In this document: piece after piece, positions 34,343-53,972 of the stretch
Numbering within the stretch: position 1 is the first letter of the stretch
Layout of the letters: each line of letters opens with the position of its first letter
Assembly (NCBI RefSeq): GCF_009914755.1
Contig: NC_060929.1
Length of the DNA stretch: 64,000 nucleotides
Strand: one strand, 5' to 3'
From: the human T2T-CHM13v2.0 reference genome, Homo sapiens
Notes under the pieces: model-generated
Told to the model about the DNA's origin: nothing
The model's database searches: none
The model's input: only the letters and a program-made list of their open reading frames with translations
Program-made: the position numbers and the translations under genes

Positions 34343-34640
34343 TTTTTTTTTTTTTTTTTGAGACAGGGTCTCATTCTGTCACCCAGGCTGGAGTACAGTG
34401 GCACGATCATGACTCACTGCAGCCTCGACATCCTGGGTTCAAGTGATGCTCCCATCTCAGCCTCTCGAGTAGCTGGGACTACAGGTGTGTGCCACCACAC
34501 CCAGCTAGTTTTTGTATTTTTAGTAGGGATATTGCCCAGGCTGTTGGCCAGGCTGGTCTTGAACTCCTGGGCTCAAGCAATCCACTCGCCTCAGCCTCCC
34601 AAAGTGCTGGGATTACAGCCTTGAACCACCACACTCGGCC
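34343..34640 (-). mobile_element. AluJ
   Basis: TSD CCCACAAATTCTT. Confidence 0.9.
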
Positions 34641-35226
34641 CCCACAAATTCTTAAACCATGGCCGTAGACCAGAGGAGATCTGGAATGAGTTAAGTTTCA
34701 TCAGTAGGGTTGAGTATTAGGGTCATTTGTCCTGAGATGCTAAAGCCTCCTTGATTTTAACTTAAATGCTCATATCATCGTTCCTGAAACAGAACTGAAA
34801 CAGAGACCACCTATGGTTTCCAGTATGTACATGCTCTTTTATTTTTATTTTTGTGTTTCTAATTGTGCACGTTTGACTAAAGACTTCCAGCTTCCCTGAC
34901 AAGTAGGTGTAGCCAGATGACCAAGTTCTGACCATTGCACTATGAATGGAAGTGGTGCAGCTTTCTGGGGTGTGCCCTGTCTTTGGGCCTCCCCCTCTTT
35001 TCTTGGTTGGCTTGCAGTTGTATTGGTGGCAAGTCATCTTGGACCATGAGGATGAGGACAACCCCCCAGGAATGGCAGAGCAATAAGATATACTCATATA
35101 AAAATATTGCTACTTATTTTATCACTACTAAAAAAAAGAAAGTGAGAGGTATCCAATATGCTAAATAAAGAAGACTACTTCTGAGTAAAATTCTCAAAGC
35201 AGACCTGCACTACCAGTCCTCCTTTA

Positions 35227-35532
<306 letters not shown>

Positions 35533-35756
35533 TTCTTCCTATGTTAGCAGCTGAACCAATATCCTAACTAATAATAGCTCCACTAAAACTGCCGCCAGTC
35601 ATGTTAAAAGTATGATTTAGGATGCATGGGACTACAAGTAACAAACAACAAGCCTTGCTAAAAGTAGCTTATAAAATTCGGAGTTTAAAAAATGATGCCA
35701 TTTTACAAGAAATCAAGAGGAAACGTGTTCCCTGGGTTGGTTCAGTTTTAGGTTGT

Positions 35757-36619
<863 letters not shown>

Positions 36620-36822
36620 TTAGGTATTAACGGAGATGTGCTTTGCCAAAAGTTCCCAGCGGAAGCCACGTCCGGTCCTGTCAGTCAAGAGTGAGTCAGC
36701 TGCCTGTGCTCTGCCTGCACGCTGAACTGAGAGTTTGGGTGTCCGGCAGTTTCAACGTCGGCATCGCAGTGTCAGTGCTCCCACCAAGAGGCTGAATGAC
36801 TGCTAGGGAGGCAACAACTCAC

Positions 36823-37368
<546 letters not shown>

Positions 37369-37809
37369 CGTGTGTGATGAGAAGATCTGGGGGCTAGGGT
37401 GGTGGTGTGGTAATGGGGTGATTTAAAAAAACCTTTTGACTGGAGATCTAGAATTCGAACTAAGCCAGGAACACATCCTCATCTATAGTGCTTCCAGGGC
37501 ATCCATGTGACAGTTTGAATTGTATTCCCTCAAAATGAATATGTTGAAGTCCTAATCCCCAGTACCTCAGAATGTGATCTTTGCAGAGGTCATCAGATCA
37601 CTAGGGTGGGCCTTTGTCCCATATGCCTGGTGTCCTTATAAAAAGGGGAATTTGGAGACAGACAGGTACACAGGGAGACTGTCATCTGAACACGAAGATG
37701 GCCATCTATAAGCCAAGGAGAGAGACCTCGACAGATCCTTCCCTCATAGCCCTTAGATGGAACCAACACTCCTGATATTTTGATTTTGGACTTCTAACCT
37801 CCAGAACTA

Positions 37810-38061
<252 letters not shown>

Positions 38062-38080
38062 CAGTTCCTTTTGTTTAGGC

Positions 38081-38583
38081 CAGGGGCCCTCAACCCCAGA
38101 GCCATAGAACAGTACCATAGGCCAGTTAGGAACTGGGCTGCACTGCAGGAGGTGAGCAGTGGGCAAGCGAACACTACTGCCTGAGCTCCGCCTCCTGTCA
38201 GATCAGAGCTGGCATTAGATTCTCATAAAAGCACAAACCCTATTGTGAGCTGCGCATGTGAGGGATCTAGGTTGTGGGCTCCTTATGAGACTCTAATGCC
38301 TGATGATCTGTCACTGTCTCCCATCATCCCCAGATGGGACTGTCTAGTTGCAGGAAAACAAGCTCAGGGCTCCCACGGATTCTACATTATGGTGAGTTGT
38401 ATAATTATTTCATTAAATATTACAATGTTATAATAATAGAAATAAAGTGCACAATAAATGTAATGTGCTTGAATCATCCTGAAACTGCCCCCCCCCTTCC
38501 CTGCTGCCCCCGATCCGGGTCCATGGAAAAATTGTCTCCCATGAAACTTGTCCCCCTGGTGCCAAAAATGTTGGGGACCACTG
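38081..38583 (+). mobile_element. MER1A hAT-Charlie DNA transposon
   Basis: CAGGGGCCCTCAAC...GTTGGGGACCACTG termini with a perfect 8-bp TSD GTTTAGGC (38073-38080 / 38584-38591). Confidence 0.9.
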
Positions 38584-39026
38584 GTTTAGGCCACCCGGTT
38601 TGCAGTACTTTGTTAGAGTGGCCCTGGCAAACTTAAAAACCCTGACTTTCTCACTTCTCTTGCACCCTCCAAGGTACCAGCCCCATGCTCCTACCCAGTA
38701 TGCACCTGGCTCTCCCTTGTGTTTCCTGATCTCCAGGTGGTCTCTTTGCAGTGTTTTGAAAGCTCTTTTGATAGTATCTCTTTCTTGTCACGAAGCCTCC
38801 TGGATTCCACAGAGAAAATGTGCTCTCCACTGTTGTGTCTGGGCAGAAAACCCCCATAATTATTAAATCCATTCCCTACAACATTATATGGGGTTTTATA
38901 AGTCATTCATAAACATACAATATTTTAATTCTGCTGCCATATGTTTTGTATAAATAGTCATGTTTATTTACAAAAGAATGTTCTATTTAGCTGTCAACCC
39001 ATGGATGGCAGAAAAAATGTTTCATA

Positions 39027-39028
<2 letters not shown>

Positions 39029-39064
<36 letters not shown>
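39029..39064. repeat. (TG)n microsatellite
   Basis: About 16-17 TG units. Confidence 0.95.
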
Positions 39065-39066
<2 letters not shown>

Positions 39067-39451
39067 TAAAGCACCAAACATAATATCCAATGATTTTTGT
39101 TATGACACACATGTTCTTTCAGGATAGTGTGTGATAATCAAGTTGTGCTTTTATTTATTCAACTGACATTTGAATCACTTTCCCTGTGCCTAACTATCCC
39201 ACCATGGGCTGTCGTTACTAATCTGAATTTAAAGAGGTCCCTGGTGTCAAGGAGAGCCTGGCTGATTGTGAGAGAGGCAGACAATACAAGTGAAGAAATA
39301 GTGTAGCTATGATGGAGACATGAGATAGTGGGATGACTCACAGTGATGCTTTATGAAACCCAAGGGCCACAAAGCTTCAGGAAGTAGGGAAGCAGGAAAT
39401 GAACTACCAGGATGCAGACTTGCTCTTCATCCCTCATTTTCCCATTTCACA

Positions 39452-39753
39452 CTTTCTTTTTTTTCTTTTTTTGAGACAGAATCTCACTCTGTCACCCAGG
39501 CTGGAGTGTAGTGGTGTGATCTTGGCTCACTGCAACCTCTGCCTCCTGGGTTAAAGCGATTCTCCTGCCTCAGCCTCTTGAGTAGCTGCAACTATAGGCA
39601 CGCGTGGCCGCACCCAGCTAATTTTTTTATTTTTAGTAGAGATGAGGTTTCACCATGTTGGCCAGGCTTGTCTCGAACTCCTGACCTCAAGCGATCCTCC
39701 TGCCTCTGCCTGCCAAAGTGCTGGGATTACAGGTGTGAGCCACCGCACCTGGC
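39452..39753 (-). mobile_element. AluS
   Basis: TSD CCCATTTCACAC. Confidence 0.9.
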
Positions 39754-42721
39754 CCCATTTCACACCTTCTTCCCTCTGTGGCTTCTCTCTATTTCTAGGG
39801 AGAAACATGACAGAAGTCAGCTGCTCTAGAATCAACAGACTCCTCTCCAGTTGGCATCCCACCATACAGCGGTGGCGTCATACGTTCATACATATGCTGC
39901 AGCCAAAGGGGGAGGCTCATCAACCCAGGAGGCACCCACAGGTGCCTCTCAGAGGTGATGAAAGAGGAAGTGGGGGCAGGCAGAGGTAATGGTTGTAATT
40001 TGAGTCACTTCTGTTAACTGTACCCACTTTTAGACAGCTTAATCCACTTTGACTCTGGAAAAGTGTGAACAGAAACCTTGCTGGGTTTGGAGGAGAGACA
40101 GCCTCCCACTGCTCTTCCCAGGGGAGTCCTGGAACAGGCTGCCGTGGAGGCTCAGGGCAGGCCTGGAGATGTGGCGCTGGTTCAAGGCCAGACCCGGCTG
40201 TGTCAAATTTGGATGGACTAGGAAAAGTTCCTGTACAGAAATAACAGAGACTGGAGATTATGTGTGGGAATTATTCTACTCTTATCCTGAGTATGTCTGT
40301 ACTTCAATCCTGGTGCTCACTTCAAGAAAGAGGAGGATGGGGTTGCCGTTGCTCTCAAGAAAGAGGAGGATGGGGTTGCCATTGCTCTAGCAGACTACTG
40401 TTACTCCCAGAAGCTCACTTAAAGGTTCCATTTCCATAACCAATTACAGAGCAAATGCTTTTTCATAGGAATTGGTCTTTGCGGGGTTGACATTTCAGGT
40501 TGCAAAGACCCCGAAGCTTTAGGAAAGCTGAACTTTGCCGTTGAGAAATTTAGGAGGGTAGAAATTGCAACACTATCTTAGCTGCAATTAGCTGGCATTT
40601 CTGCCAAGCGCTAATACATATTTCACCCTAACTTCCAGTGAAGGACGACATTGATAAGAATATCTGGGGAGTAGCTGTGAAAGTTCATCTGGTTTTAATA
40701 GGGAAACATTGTCCTTTTCTCTGCTGATTGGAGAGCAGGTCAGGCATGAAACTGGCCTCACCCAGGAAAGACTCACATGGTTCATTCTCTCTCCAGGAAT
40801 GGTAGGGAAAGCACGTGTTTTGAAACACTGGGTTTTCCCTGGCCCGGGAGAAAGTGGATCAAAAGAATCGCTGTTTTCTCCGCTGTTGTTTGGGTTCTCT
40901 AGTTTGAAAGGGTCATGGTGGTGTCTCCTGATGGGCCATTAAAGGCAATGTTGAGGAGAATAGAGAAAATACATGAAGAAAGAATAAGGAAAATTGGACA
41001 TTTGGTAGAAAAGCCCAGGATTCTCTGGAGAAACGTTGGAGGTAGTGCCGAGAGAGTCTGCTGCACCAGAGGTGCCCCACCAGGGGCCCCACCAGGGGAC
41101 TCTTTAAAAGAATGTTCTTGAGCTAAATTCCTGCCAACCTTCCCATGTAGCTGGTGCAATTTTCACTCCATATTCTGCTTTCTTTATTTTCTACCACAAC
41201 TGAATTCTGAGTTCCTAATCCACTGGGACTCACACTTAATAGCCTGTCTACCTACTGGCATTTGTTTGCATTGTACAAGTACAACCAAAGGCTATAGGCT
41301 TTTGGGAGCCACAGTCAGGAAGAAGTCTATCTGTCTGTCTCTCTGTTCTTTAGACTTCAGTCTTCTTACACCCTTTCCAAATGGCAACGGGCACAAAATG
41401 GCCTATCTGCTGGAAGTGGGCAATGAGCAAAAGAGACACATACATGGAAACAATGAGTTAAGAATTTAAAATATTATTCTGCACACACGTAAGTGGGAAC
41501 TTCATGTCCTCTGTTCAGAAGTAAAGCAGTTGGAACCTCTGGAATCAGAATCATCTGTGCATTTGCTAAAAATATAGATTCTTGTGCCCTACCCAAATTC
41601 TGCACCCGAAAATTCTGATTCTGCCTGAATCAGAATCTTTCCAGGCAATTCTTATGTGCATCAAAGCTTGAGAGTTGCCTAGACGCAGCCTCAGCTGAAC
41701 CATCTACTGTGTTTTAATACTGAGTTGTGCTTGTTCTCAAGCTGGTTCAGAGCACTTTAATGTGCATTCAAATCATGCTGAGGTCTTGTTAAGTTAGGTG
41801 GTGGGACGTGAGATTCTGCATGTCTAACAAACGCTTGGGTGATGCTGCCACTGCTGGTTGGAGGACCACCCCTTGGGTGGCAAAGTGCTAGAGAGACTAT
41901 TTTTATTTCCTTTGCACTCCTGTGAGGCCATCTTGAGGCTTCTCAAGTCCCTGGGGCCAGTGATTTGCTTGCACTGGGATTGGAGATTGCTGCACCCTCA
42001 TGGGTACTGTGCTTTGTTGACTGGGCTCTATCTCATGCTCATCCAGATTTACCCTGCCTTCCTGCTTCCCCTTCCATCTCCTCAGCCAACACCCCTATTC
42101 CCACCCTCACTCTTCTACCCCCACTCTGCCTAAGGGGCAGCCCTGCTGCCATAGCCTGGTCTTCCTCACACTGTGGGTCTACTCTGACTATAGATACATA
42201 ATTGAATATCTTTAGATAATCTTCAGATTTGCTAGTATGATAAAGTCCTTCTTCCTCCTAGGAGAAAAGGGGAAGTGGGACTCGAAGCAAGCATGTAAAA
42301 TTGAGTCAGGAGTTCTTTTTTCTCTTTAGGGCCACCATCAGTGGGTGGCCCCAGTGTAATGGAATGGAGTGGAAGATGTTACCATTTCCTACACTGTCCT
42401 TGACCTTGAAAGAAGAACTGAATCTATGGGACCTACTGCCACTTTCTATAGGTGGAGGGGAAAGGGGAACCCCGTTGCATGGCATAAGCTTATCCCTCAA
42501 GTCCTTGGTGAGCGGGGGTTGGGGGTAAGAGGGAAGAATTACAGGGTGTTAGAAGTGGTGAGATTCTTTTCTCCAGTCATGGAGAACTTCTGATATTCAA
42601 TCCAGAATGGCTTTAATTGCTACTAGTTAACAATAAGAAAGAAGGTCTACAGTTGAGGTCTAGGGAAAGACTGGCTTGTAGTGCTCCTCAGGCTTGCAGT
42701 CACATTGAAAAGTCTAATGGT

Positions 42722-43037
<316 letters not shown>

Positions 43038-43558
43038 GAAAAGTCTAATGGTTAGAGTGAAGCCAGCCATAGCCAGTGGACTGTCATGACAATAGATACA
43101 GATAAAAATTCCAGACTGTACAGTTGTTGACTGTGGCTCTGGGCCAGAGTAAGATCTCTTAGGCCTGGGAAAGTAACCATAGATGTCACTGGCCCTGAGG
43201 CCAAGCAGAGCCAGTACCTCTCAGAGCAGTGGCTTGCAAACTAGGGTCTGCAGAAAGCTCTTTCAGCATCACCGGGGGAGATTCATAACAGCAATGCCAA
43301 CACCCACCCTGAAGAGTCTGATTCAGCAGGGCCTCATGAGCTATATTTAAAAAATATATTATATGGGCAATTTAACAGTAAGTTAAATTGCAAGTTTTGA
43401 CTTTGTCGGGTTTACGAAGCAATGCCTTAGCACAATGGTTTCCCAAATTTTTAGCAGAGAAAAATTTATTAACTAGAAAAATATTTATTGAACAATTACT
43501 GTATGCCATGTATAGTTGTAAGCCCTGGACAAAAAGTGGTAAATAAGACTGACGAGGT

Positions 43559-43874
<316 letters not shown>

Positions 43875-44409
43875 CTAAGACAGATAAAAATGAGGAGCGG
43901 ATTTTTCAGGAATGTTAAACACTCATTGTTTAGAAGAAAATACTGTTTGTTGTTGAACCCCTGAAGTACCATCAGGTTCTGTGATGCACAGTTTGAGAAC
44001 TGCTTTCTTGGGAAGGAGCTTAGAGCAATAAAACTATAAGATGGCAGAAGGAATGTCCAACACAGTGGGGTTCAAATGACAAACCTGGAAGCCTTTTCCA
44101 CTTCCTCGTTGATAAAGTGGAGACAATGACATCTACCTCAAGTCTTACTGTGAGTAAGAAAAGAACTGAACACATACATTGTGGAGCTCAATGTTGGGTG
44201 TGCAGCTGGACCCTGCTGCATTTTTGTTCTCTTTCGTCTGTCTTTGCTTGGGAACAGGTCACTTCACTTTGATTGGGAGTAAGTTTGAGGAGAAAACAAG
44301 ACATTCCTGGAAGCGTGTTGCCACTTGAGGCTCAGGTGGGATAACGAGGAGCACAAAAGGCAGAAGCCAAGAAAAGGCCCCACCATGCCACAGCCAAAAG
44401 CAACCACAG

Positions 44410-45300
44410 ATGTAAAATGGCACAGTGGATCTGGCAGTTCTCCTTAAAACGTTAAACACAGAGTCACCATATGACTCATCAGTTCCGCTGCTATGTATAT
44501 ACCCAAGAGAACTGAAAACGTATGTCTGCACAAAAACCTGTACATGAAAGTTCAAAGAAGCGTTATTCATAATAGCCAGAAAGTGGAAACAACCCAAATC
44601 TCCCTTAACCAACGAATGGATAAGCAAAATATGGTATACCCATACAGTGGAATATTATTCAGCCAAAAAAAGAAATGAAGTGCTGACACACACAACAGCA
44701 TGGGTGAACCACGAGAACATTATGCCAAGAAAGAGGCCAGACATGAAAGACCACATATTATAGAATTCCTTTATATGAAATGTCCAGAATAGGAAAATCT
44801 ATAGAAACAGAAATTAGGCCAGGTGCAGTGGCTCATGCCTGCAATCCCAACACTTTGGGAGGCTGAGGCGGGTGGATCACCTGAGGTCAGGAGTTCAAGA
44901 CCAGCCTGGCCAACATGGCGAAAGCTTGTCTCTACCAAAAATACAAATATTAGTCGGGCGTGGAGATGTGTGCCTGTAGTCCCATCTACTCAGGAGGCTG
45001 AGGCAGGAGAATGGCTTGAACCCAGAGGCGGAGGTTGCAGTGAGCCGAGATCGTGCCACTGCATTCCAGCTTGGCCACAGAGCGAGAGTCTGTCTCAAAA
45101 AAAAAAAAAAAAAAAAAAAAAAAGAAACAGAAATTAGATTAGTAGTGTCAAGGCACCAGGAGAAGTAGGAAATGGGATGACTGCTAATGCACATGGAATT
45201 TCTTTTTGAGGTGATAGTGGTGATAGCGCTACAATCTTGTGAATATGCTGAAAGTCACTGAATTGGACACTTCAAAAGGGTGAATTTTATGGTACATAGA
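44410..45300 (+). mobile_element. L1MB-like 3' end split by an Alu
   Basis: GGCAGTTCTCCTTAAAACGTTAAACACAGAG...TATATGAAATGTCCAGAATAGG...GTGAATTTTATGGTA. Confidence 0.75.
44817..45122 (+). mobile_element. AluS
   Basis: TSD AGAAACAGAAATTAG. Confidence 0.9.
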
Positions 45301-45320
45301 TTCTCTCTCTCTCTGTCTCT

Positions 45321-45781
<461 letters not shown>

Positions 45782-45980
45782 TAGTGGGCTTCAGATGACA
45801 AACCTGGTCAGGTTTGAGACTCTGCCTTTCCTTGCTGGGGCTTGAAGAATTTACCAGTTTCTCAGAAAAGATAGGCAATGAACAAAACTACGCCTGATAT
45901 GCTTCTAATCATCATTATTTTCAGTGCCACGTGAATTGTTTACATATGCTTATATTTCTGCTATAATGATGGTTTGGTAA

Positions 45981-46347
<367 letters not shown>

Positions 46348-46410
46348 TAGAAGGTCCATTTAGGCTATTCAAAATACAGCTCTAGGTCCTTGTGCAATGT
46401 GGGCTGATGA

Positions 46411-46803
<393 letters not shown>

Positions 46804-47538
46804 TAAGTCTTACAGGCTCCTCTAGGGTGGGTGAGAAAGGTATTTTTGGGAGAAGCCACTTGAAATTTACATGCTGTGCAAAAATGTGTTATGGGGACAG
46901 AAGGTGTTTTTAAGCTGAAAAGTTTGAATCATTGGTGGGAATAAAGGCCTGCCAGTGAATTGTGGTTCCACTTTCAGCCTCGTCACTGCCTTCGGGTTTT
47001 CTCCTGTGAATGGTTCTGACAATGTGCCATTTTACAGAACGTGTCTCTGTTGCTTCCGAGCTGCCACATATGCTCTGCTGCACATTTGGGACAACCACAT
47101 CAGGTTTTAAAAACTAATTAAAAAAAACCAAAACTTTTCAAGTTTGCCTTTAGCATTTTGCAGCGAGGTTGCTCACCAGCTGTTTGTTTATACTCTCTGG
47201 TGATTGTTTTTGCACATTATCCATGCATAGCATGCAATTACACCATTATAATGGCAAGTAGTAAACTGAATTCCCTGTAGGGCGTTTCTAGGGGAAGAGA
47301 TGTACTGCCTGTAGCCCGAATGCCCTAAAGAGACTGTATAGTTAGATAATCCTGTGGCTCCAGATAAGCGTGGGTCCTATGGTAAGTTGCAAAAGCCTAG
47401 GGCTTTTTGCAGCCCTTGGCAGGTGTTTCGTAGCAAATCTCAAAGTTTCGTGGTCACTCAGGACAACCTCCTTTCTGCTGAGATCGACACTGAATTAAAA
47501 CAAGCCCAATGATCTGTTTATAATTTAGAACCTCATTT

Positions 47539-47882
<344 letters not shown>

Positions 47883-47924
47883 TAATTCATACCTAATAAA
47901 AGTTATGATAAAAGTTACCCCCCC

Positions 47925-48216
<292 letters not shown>

Positions 48217-48354
48217 CAAAAGTTAACCTTTTAAATTATAGGCATACCTTTTTTTACTGTGCTTTGCAGATACTGTGTTTGTTTTTTACAAATTGAAGGT
48301 TTGTGGCAACAAACCTTGGAGAAAGTCTATCAATGCCACTTTTCTAAACAATGT

Positions 48355-48820
48355 GTTTTTTTGTTTTTTGTTTTTTGTTTTTTTTTGAGACCGAGTCTTA
48401 CTCTGTCACCCAGGCTGGAGTGTAGTGGTGTGATCTCGGCTAACTGCAACCTCTGCCTTCCAGTTTCAAGTGAACCTTCCACCTCAGCCTTCTGAGTAGC
48501 TGGGACCACAGACAATTATCCATGCCACCATGTTCAGATAATTTTTTGTATTTTTTGTAGAGATGGGATTTTGCCATGTTGCTCAGGCTGGCCTTGAATT
48601 CCTGAGCTTAAGAGATCCACCCGTTTGGGCCTCTCAGAGTGCTAAGACTACAGGTGTGAGCCACTGTGCTCAGCCCTGGCTAATTTTATTTTTTTTTTGT
48701 AGAGATATTATCTAGATGCTATGTTGTCTAGGCTGGTCTTGAACTCCTGGCCTCAAGTGATCCTTTTGCCTCATCCTCCCAAAGTGCCGGCATTACAGGT
48801 GTGAGCCATTGCACTCGGCC
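48355..48820 (-). mobile_element. Tandem Alu dimer plus left monomer inside Tigger1
   Basis: Dimer 48355-48675 followed by a left arm 48676-48820. Confidence 0.85.
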
Positions 48821-49453
48821 AATAAATTTTCAATGTAGATGAAACAACCACCTAGGACTTTCATAGCTAGAGAGAAGTCAATGTCTGGCCTCAAAGCTTC
48901 CAAGGACAGGGTGGCCCTCTTATTAGGGGCTAATGTGGCTGCTGATTTCAAGATGAAGCCAATGCTCATTTATCATTCCAAAAATCCCAAGGTCTTTAAG
49001 ATTTATGCTACATCTACTCTGCCCATGCTCAGACAAAGTCTGAGTGACAGAATATTTGTTTATAGCATAGTTTACTGAATATTTTAAGTGCACTATTGAG
49101 ACCTACTGTTCAGACAGAAAGATTTCTTTCAAAATATTATTGCTTATTGACAATGTGCCTAGTCACTCAAAAGCTCTGATGGAGAAGTACAAGGAGATTA
49201 ATGTTTTCATGCCTGCTAACAAAATATCCATTCTGTAGGCCATGGATCAAGGAATAATTTCAACTTTTGAGTCTCATTATTTAAGAAACACATTTTCTAA
49301 GGCTATAGCTGCCATAGGTGGTAATTCCTCTGATGGATCTGGGCAAAGTAAATTGAAAACTTTCTGAAAAGAATTCACCATCGTAGATGCTATTAAGAAT
49401 GTAACAATTCTTTTAGCTACCACATAGAGATTAAGATTAGAAAAAGAGGCTTC

Positions 49454-49731
<278 letters not shown>

Positions 49732-50396
49732 TCATGATTCATGAGAGGAGGTCAAAATAGCTACATTAACTATGGAAGAAGGTGATTCCAATCCTTACAG
49801 ATGACGTTGAGCGGTTCAGGGCTTTAGTGGAGAAAGTCACTACAGATGTGGTAGAAATAGCAAGAGCCTGAAGATGTGACTGAATTGCTGCAATCTCATG
49901 ATAAAACTTGAACAGACGAGGAGTTTTTCCTTCTCCTTCTCCTTCTCCTTCTTCTCCTTCTCCTGAGCCACTGCACATGGCCTGGAGTTGCTTCTTATGA
50001 ATGTGCAAAGACAGTGGTTTCTTGCAGTGGCATCTACTCTTGGTAAAGATGCTGTGAACATTGTTGAAATCACAACAAAGAATTTAGAACACTACAGAAA
50101 TTTAGTTGATAAAGCAGCAGCCAGGCTTGAGTGACTCCAATTTTGAAAGAAGTTCTACTGTGGGTAAAATCAAACAGCATCACATGCTACAGAAAAATCT
50201 TCCATGAAAGGACTAATCAATATGACAAACTTCATATTGTCTTACTTAAAAAAAATTGCCACAGCCACCACAACCATCAGGGGCCACCACCCTGATCAAT
50301 CAGAAGCCATCAGCATCAAGGCAGGACCCTCCACCTACAAAAAGATTATGACTTGCTGAAGGCTCAGAAGATTGTTAGCATTTTTAGCAATAAACT

Positions 50397-50692
50397 ATTA
50401 TTATTATTTTGAGATGGAGTCTCACTCTGTCACAGAGGCTGGAGTGCAGTGGTACGATCTTGGCTCACTGCAACCTCTGCCTCCTGGGTTCCAGCAATCC
50501 TCCTGTCTTAGCCTCACGAGTTGCTGCGATTACATGCATGTGCCACTATGCCCGGCTAATTTTTGTATTTTCAGTAGAAACAGGGTTTCATCACGTTGGC
50601 CAGGCTGGTCTCAAACCCCTGACCTCATGCGATCTGCCCGTCTCGGCCCCCCAAAGTGCTTCGATTACAGGCATGAGCCACTGTGCCCAGCC
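50397..50692 (-). mobile_element. Alu inside Tigger1
   Basis: TSD CAATAAA(C/T)TA. Confidence 0.88.
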
Positions 50693-50810
50693 AACAATAA
50701 ATTACTTTTAAATTAATGTATGTACATTGTTTTTAAAGACAAAATGCTATTCCATACTTAATAGACTACAGTATAGTATAGACGTAACTTTCATGTGTAG
50801 TGGGAAATAA

Positions 50811-51095
50811 TTTTGGTTTTTTTTTGAGACAGGGTCTCACTCTGTCGCCCAGGGTGTAATGCGGTGGCACGATCTTGGCTTACTGCAACCTCCACCTCCT
50901 GGGTTCAAGTGATTCTCTCACCTCAGCCTCCCAAAGAGCTGGGATTGCGGGTGCGTGCCACCATGCCCAGCTAATTTTTGTATTTTTAGTACAGACGGGG
51001 TTTCACCATGTTGGCCAGGCTGGTCTCGAACTCCTGACCTCAGGTGATCCGCCTGCCTTGGCCTCCCAAAGTGCTGGGATTACAGGTGTGAGTTA
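50811..51095 (-). mobile_element. AluS inside Tigger1
   Basis: Dimer lacking its first ~15 nt. Confidence 0.88.
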
Positions 51096-51793
51096 TGTGA
51101 CATGTTTTACTGCAGTATTTGCTTTACTGTAGTGGTCTGTAACTGAACACAAAATATCTCTGAGGTATGCTTTTATACAATTCAGTGATATTTATATATT
51201 CATAGAGTTGGCATCATTACTATCTAATTTTAGAATATTTTCATCACCCCAAAAAGATACCTTGTACCCATTAGCACTCATCCCTCATTCCTCCTTCCTC
51301 TCAACTCCTGGCAACTACTAAACTACTTTCTGTTTCTATGGGTTTGCCTATTTCTGATATTTCACGTAAATAGAAGAATACAATAGTCGTCTTTTTCATC
51401 TGGCTTCTTTCACTTAATCTAATGTTTTCAAGGTTTATTTATGGTATAGCATATGTCAACACATTCATTCATTCCTCTTTATTAAAAAATTTTAATTGTG
51501 ATAAATACACATAACACAAAATTTGCCATCTTACCCATTTTTAAGTGTACACTTCAGTAGGGTTAAGTACATTCATGCTGTTGTTCAACCAATCTCTAGA
51601 ACTCTTTTCATCTTGCAAAACTGACACTCTGTACCTATTAAATAACTCCTCAAACCAGCCCCTGTCAACCATGGTACTACTGTCTCTATGATCTATTCTA
51701 GGTCCTCGTATAAGCGAAATCATGCATATCTGTCTTTTTGTGACTGGCTTACTTCACTTAGCATTATCTCCTCTAGGTTCCTCCATGTTGTAG

Positions 51794-52325
<532 letters not shown>

Positions 52326-52433
52326 TAGTTCTATTTTTAACTTTGTGGGGAACTTCCATACTGTTTTCTATAGCAGCTGCACCATTTTGCATTCGCATCA
52401 ACACAAAGGTTCCAATTTCTTCCAGACGTCTGA

Positions 52434-52869
<436 letters not shown>

Positions 52870-53594
52870 TGACCCACTGTGCTCGGTGGGCAAGAGGGTG
52901 GGCTATCAGTAAAAGAAACGTGTGAACAAGATATTAGACAGTCCTTGCCTCAATCTTACAATCCATTTAAATCATAATTTGAACTTCAACATTTATTAAG
53001 CAATTATCTTGTACCAGGCACTGTGCTGAGTGCTTACTTAACTTGTTCTCTCATTCAGTCCTTTCAACAGCCCTTTGAGTTAGATAGATTGTTGCACCAT
53101 CTTCCAGGGGAGGAAAGTGCAACACCTCAGTGATTTGCCAAATGTCTTCAGGACAGAGTTGAAAGCCTGGCTGCGTATCTTTCACTCTGAAGCCTGTGTT
53201 CTTACTTTCAACAGAGGATGAGATTAGCCCGATCTTGTTAGCCTGACTTGCAGGGTTGGAGTAGCTGGCCTTGGTCTTCACAGATCAGGACAGGGCTTGC
53301 CGGGGCCCACATTTGAAATGGTAGTCATCTGCTGTAATACACTTTTACCCCACTAATAGAGCTAGAATAAAATTCGTAAGTAGAAAGGATGAAGAATTCT
53401 CACCTGATGCTCTCCATCCTTTCCATTGCTATTTTTACAAGGCCCCCAGGCCTCCAGCTTGTGTCTTAACCAATGTCGTACAGATAGATATGAGGAGAAG
53501 TGGGAGACCAGGAGCAGAACGCTGGCCTATGGACAAGTCTGGTTGTTGATTATCCTGATTGCATTGTTGTTTAACGCTTATACTGATTATATAT

Positions 53595-53972
53595 TGTAAA
53601 ACAGAAATCAAAATGGGGGCTGGGGCTGACCTTTGCCTCTGAGCCAGTGGCCTACAGCCAGCTCAGCAAAACTCATTAAGCCCCATTTCCTGAAATGCTC
53701 ACTTAAATTATAATGAACTCTTGAAATTTATTTCCTCCTTCAGCATGAATCAACACATTGTAGCCAATCAGCTACAGCCTAAGTAAGCTGCTTGCCCTAA
53801 AAGGAAAAGATACTTTAAAATAACCAATGAAAATTAAGCTCTATGAACTTCCTCTTTTACTCTTTATAAGCCTTACTCTATCTAACCTTTACAAGAGGGC
53901 CATTCTTATCTCTTGGTTGTGAAGTGCCTATGTGTGAACAGTTTGTTTCTTCCTCGATAAAAAGTTTATATC
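53595..53972 (+). mobile_element. ERV LTR-like fragment
   Basis: TGTAAAACAG start, two CCAAT boxes, TTATAAG. Family uncertain. Confidence 0.4.

Noticed and set aside
48839-49078. Domesticated TIGD1 gene
   Set aside because: Transposase is fragmented by stops, deletions and Alu insertions.
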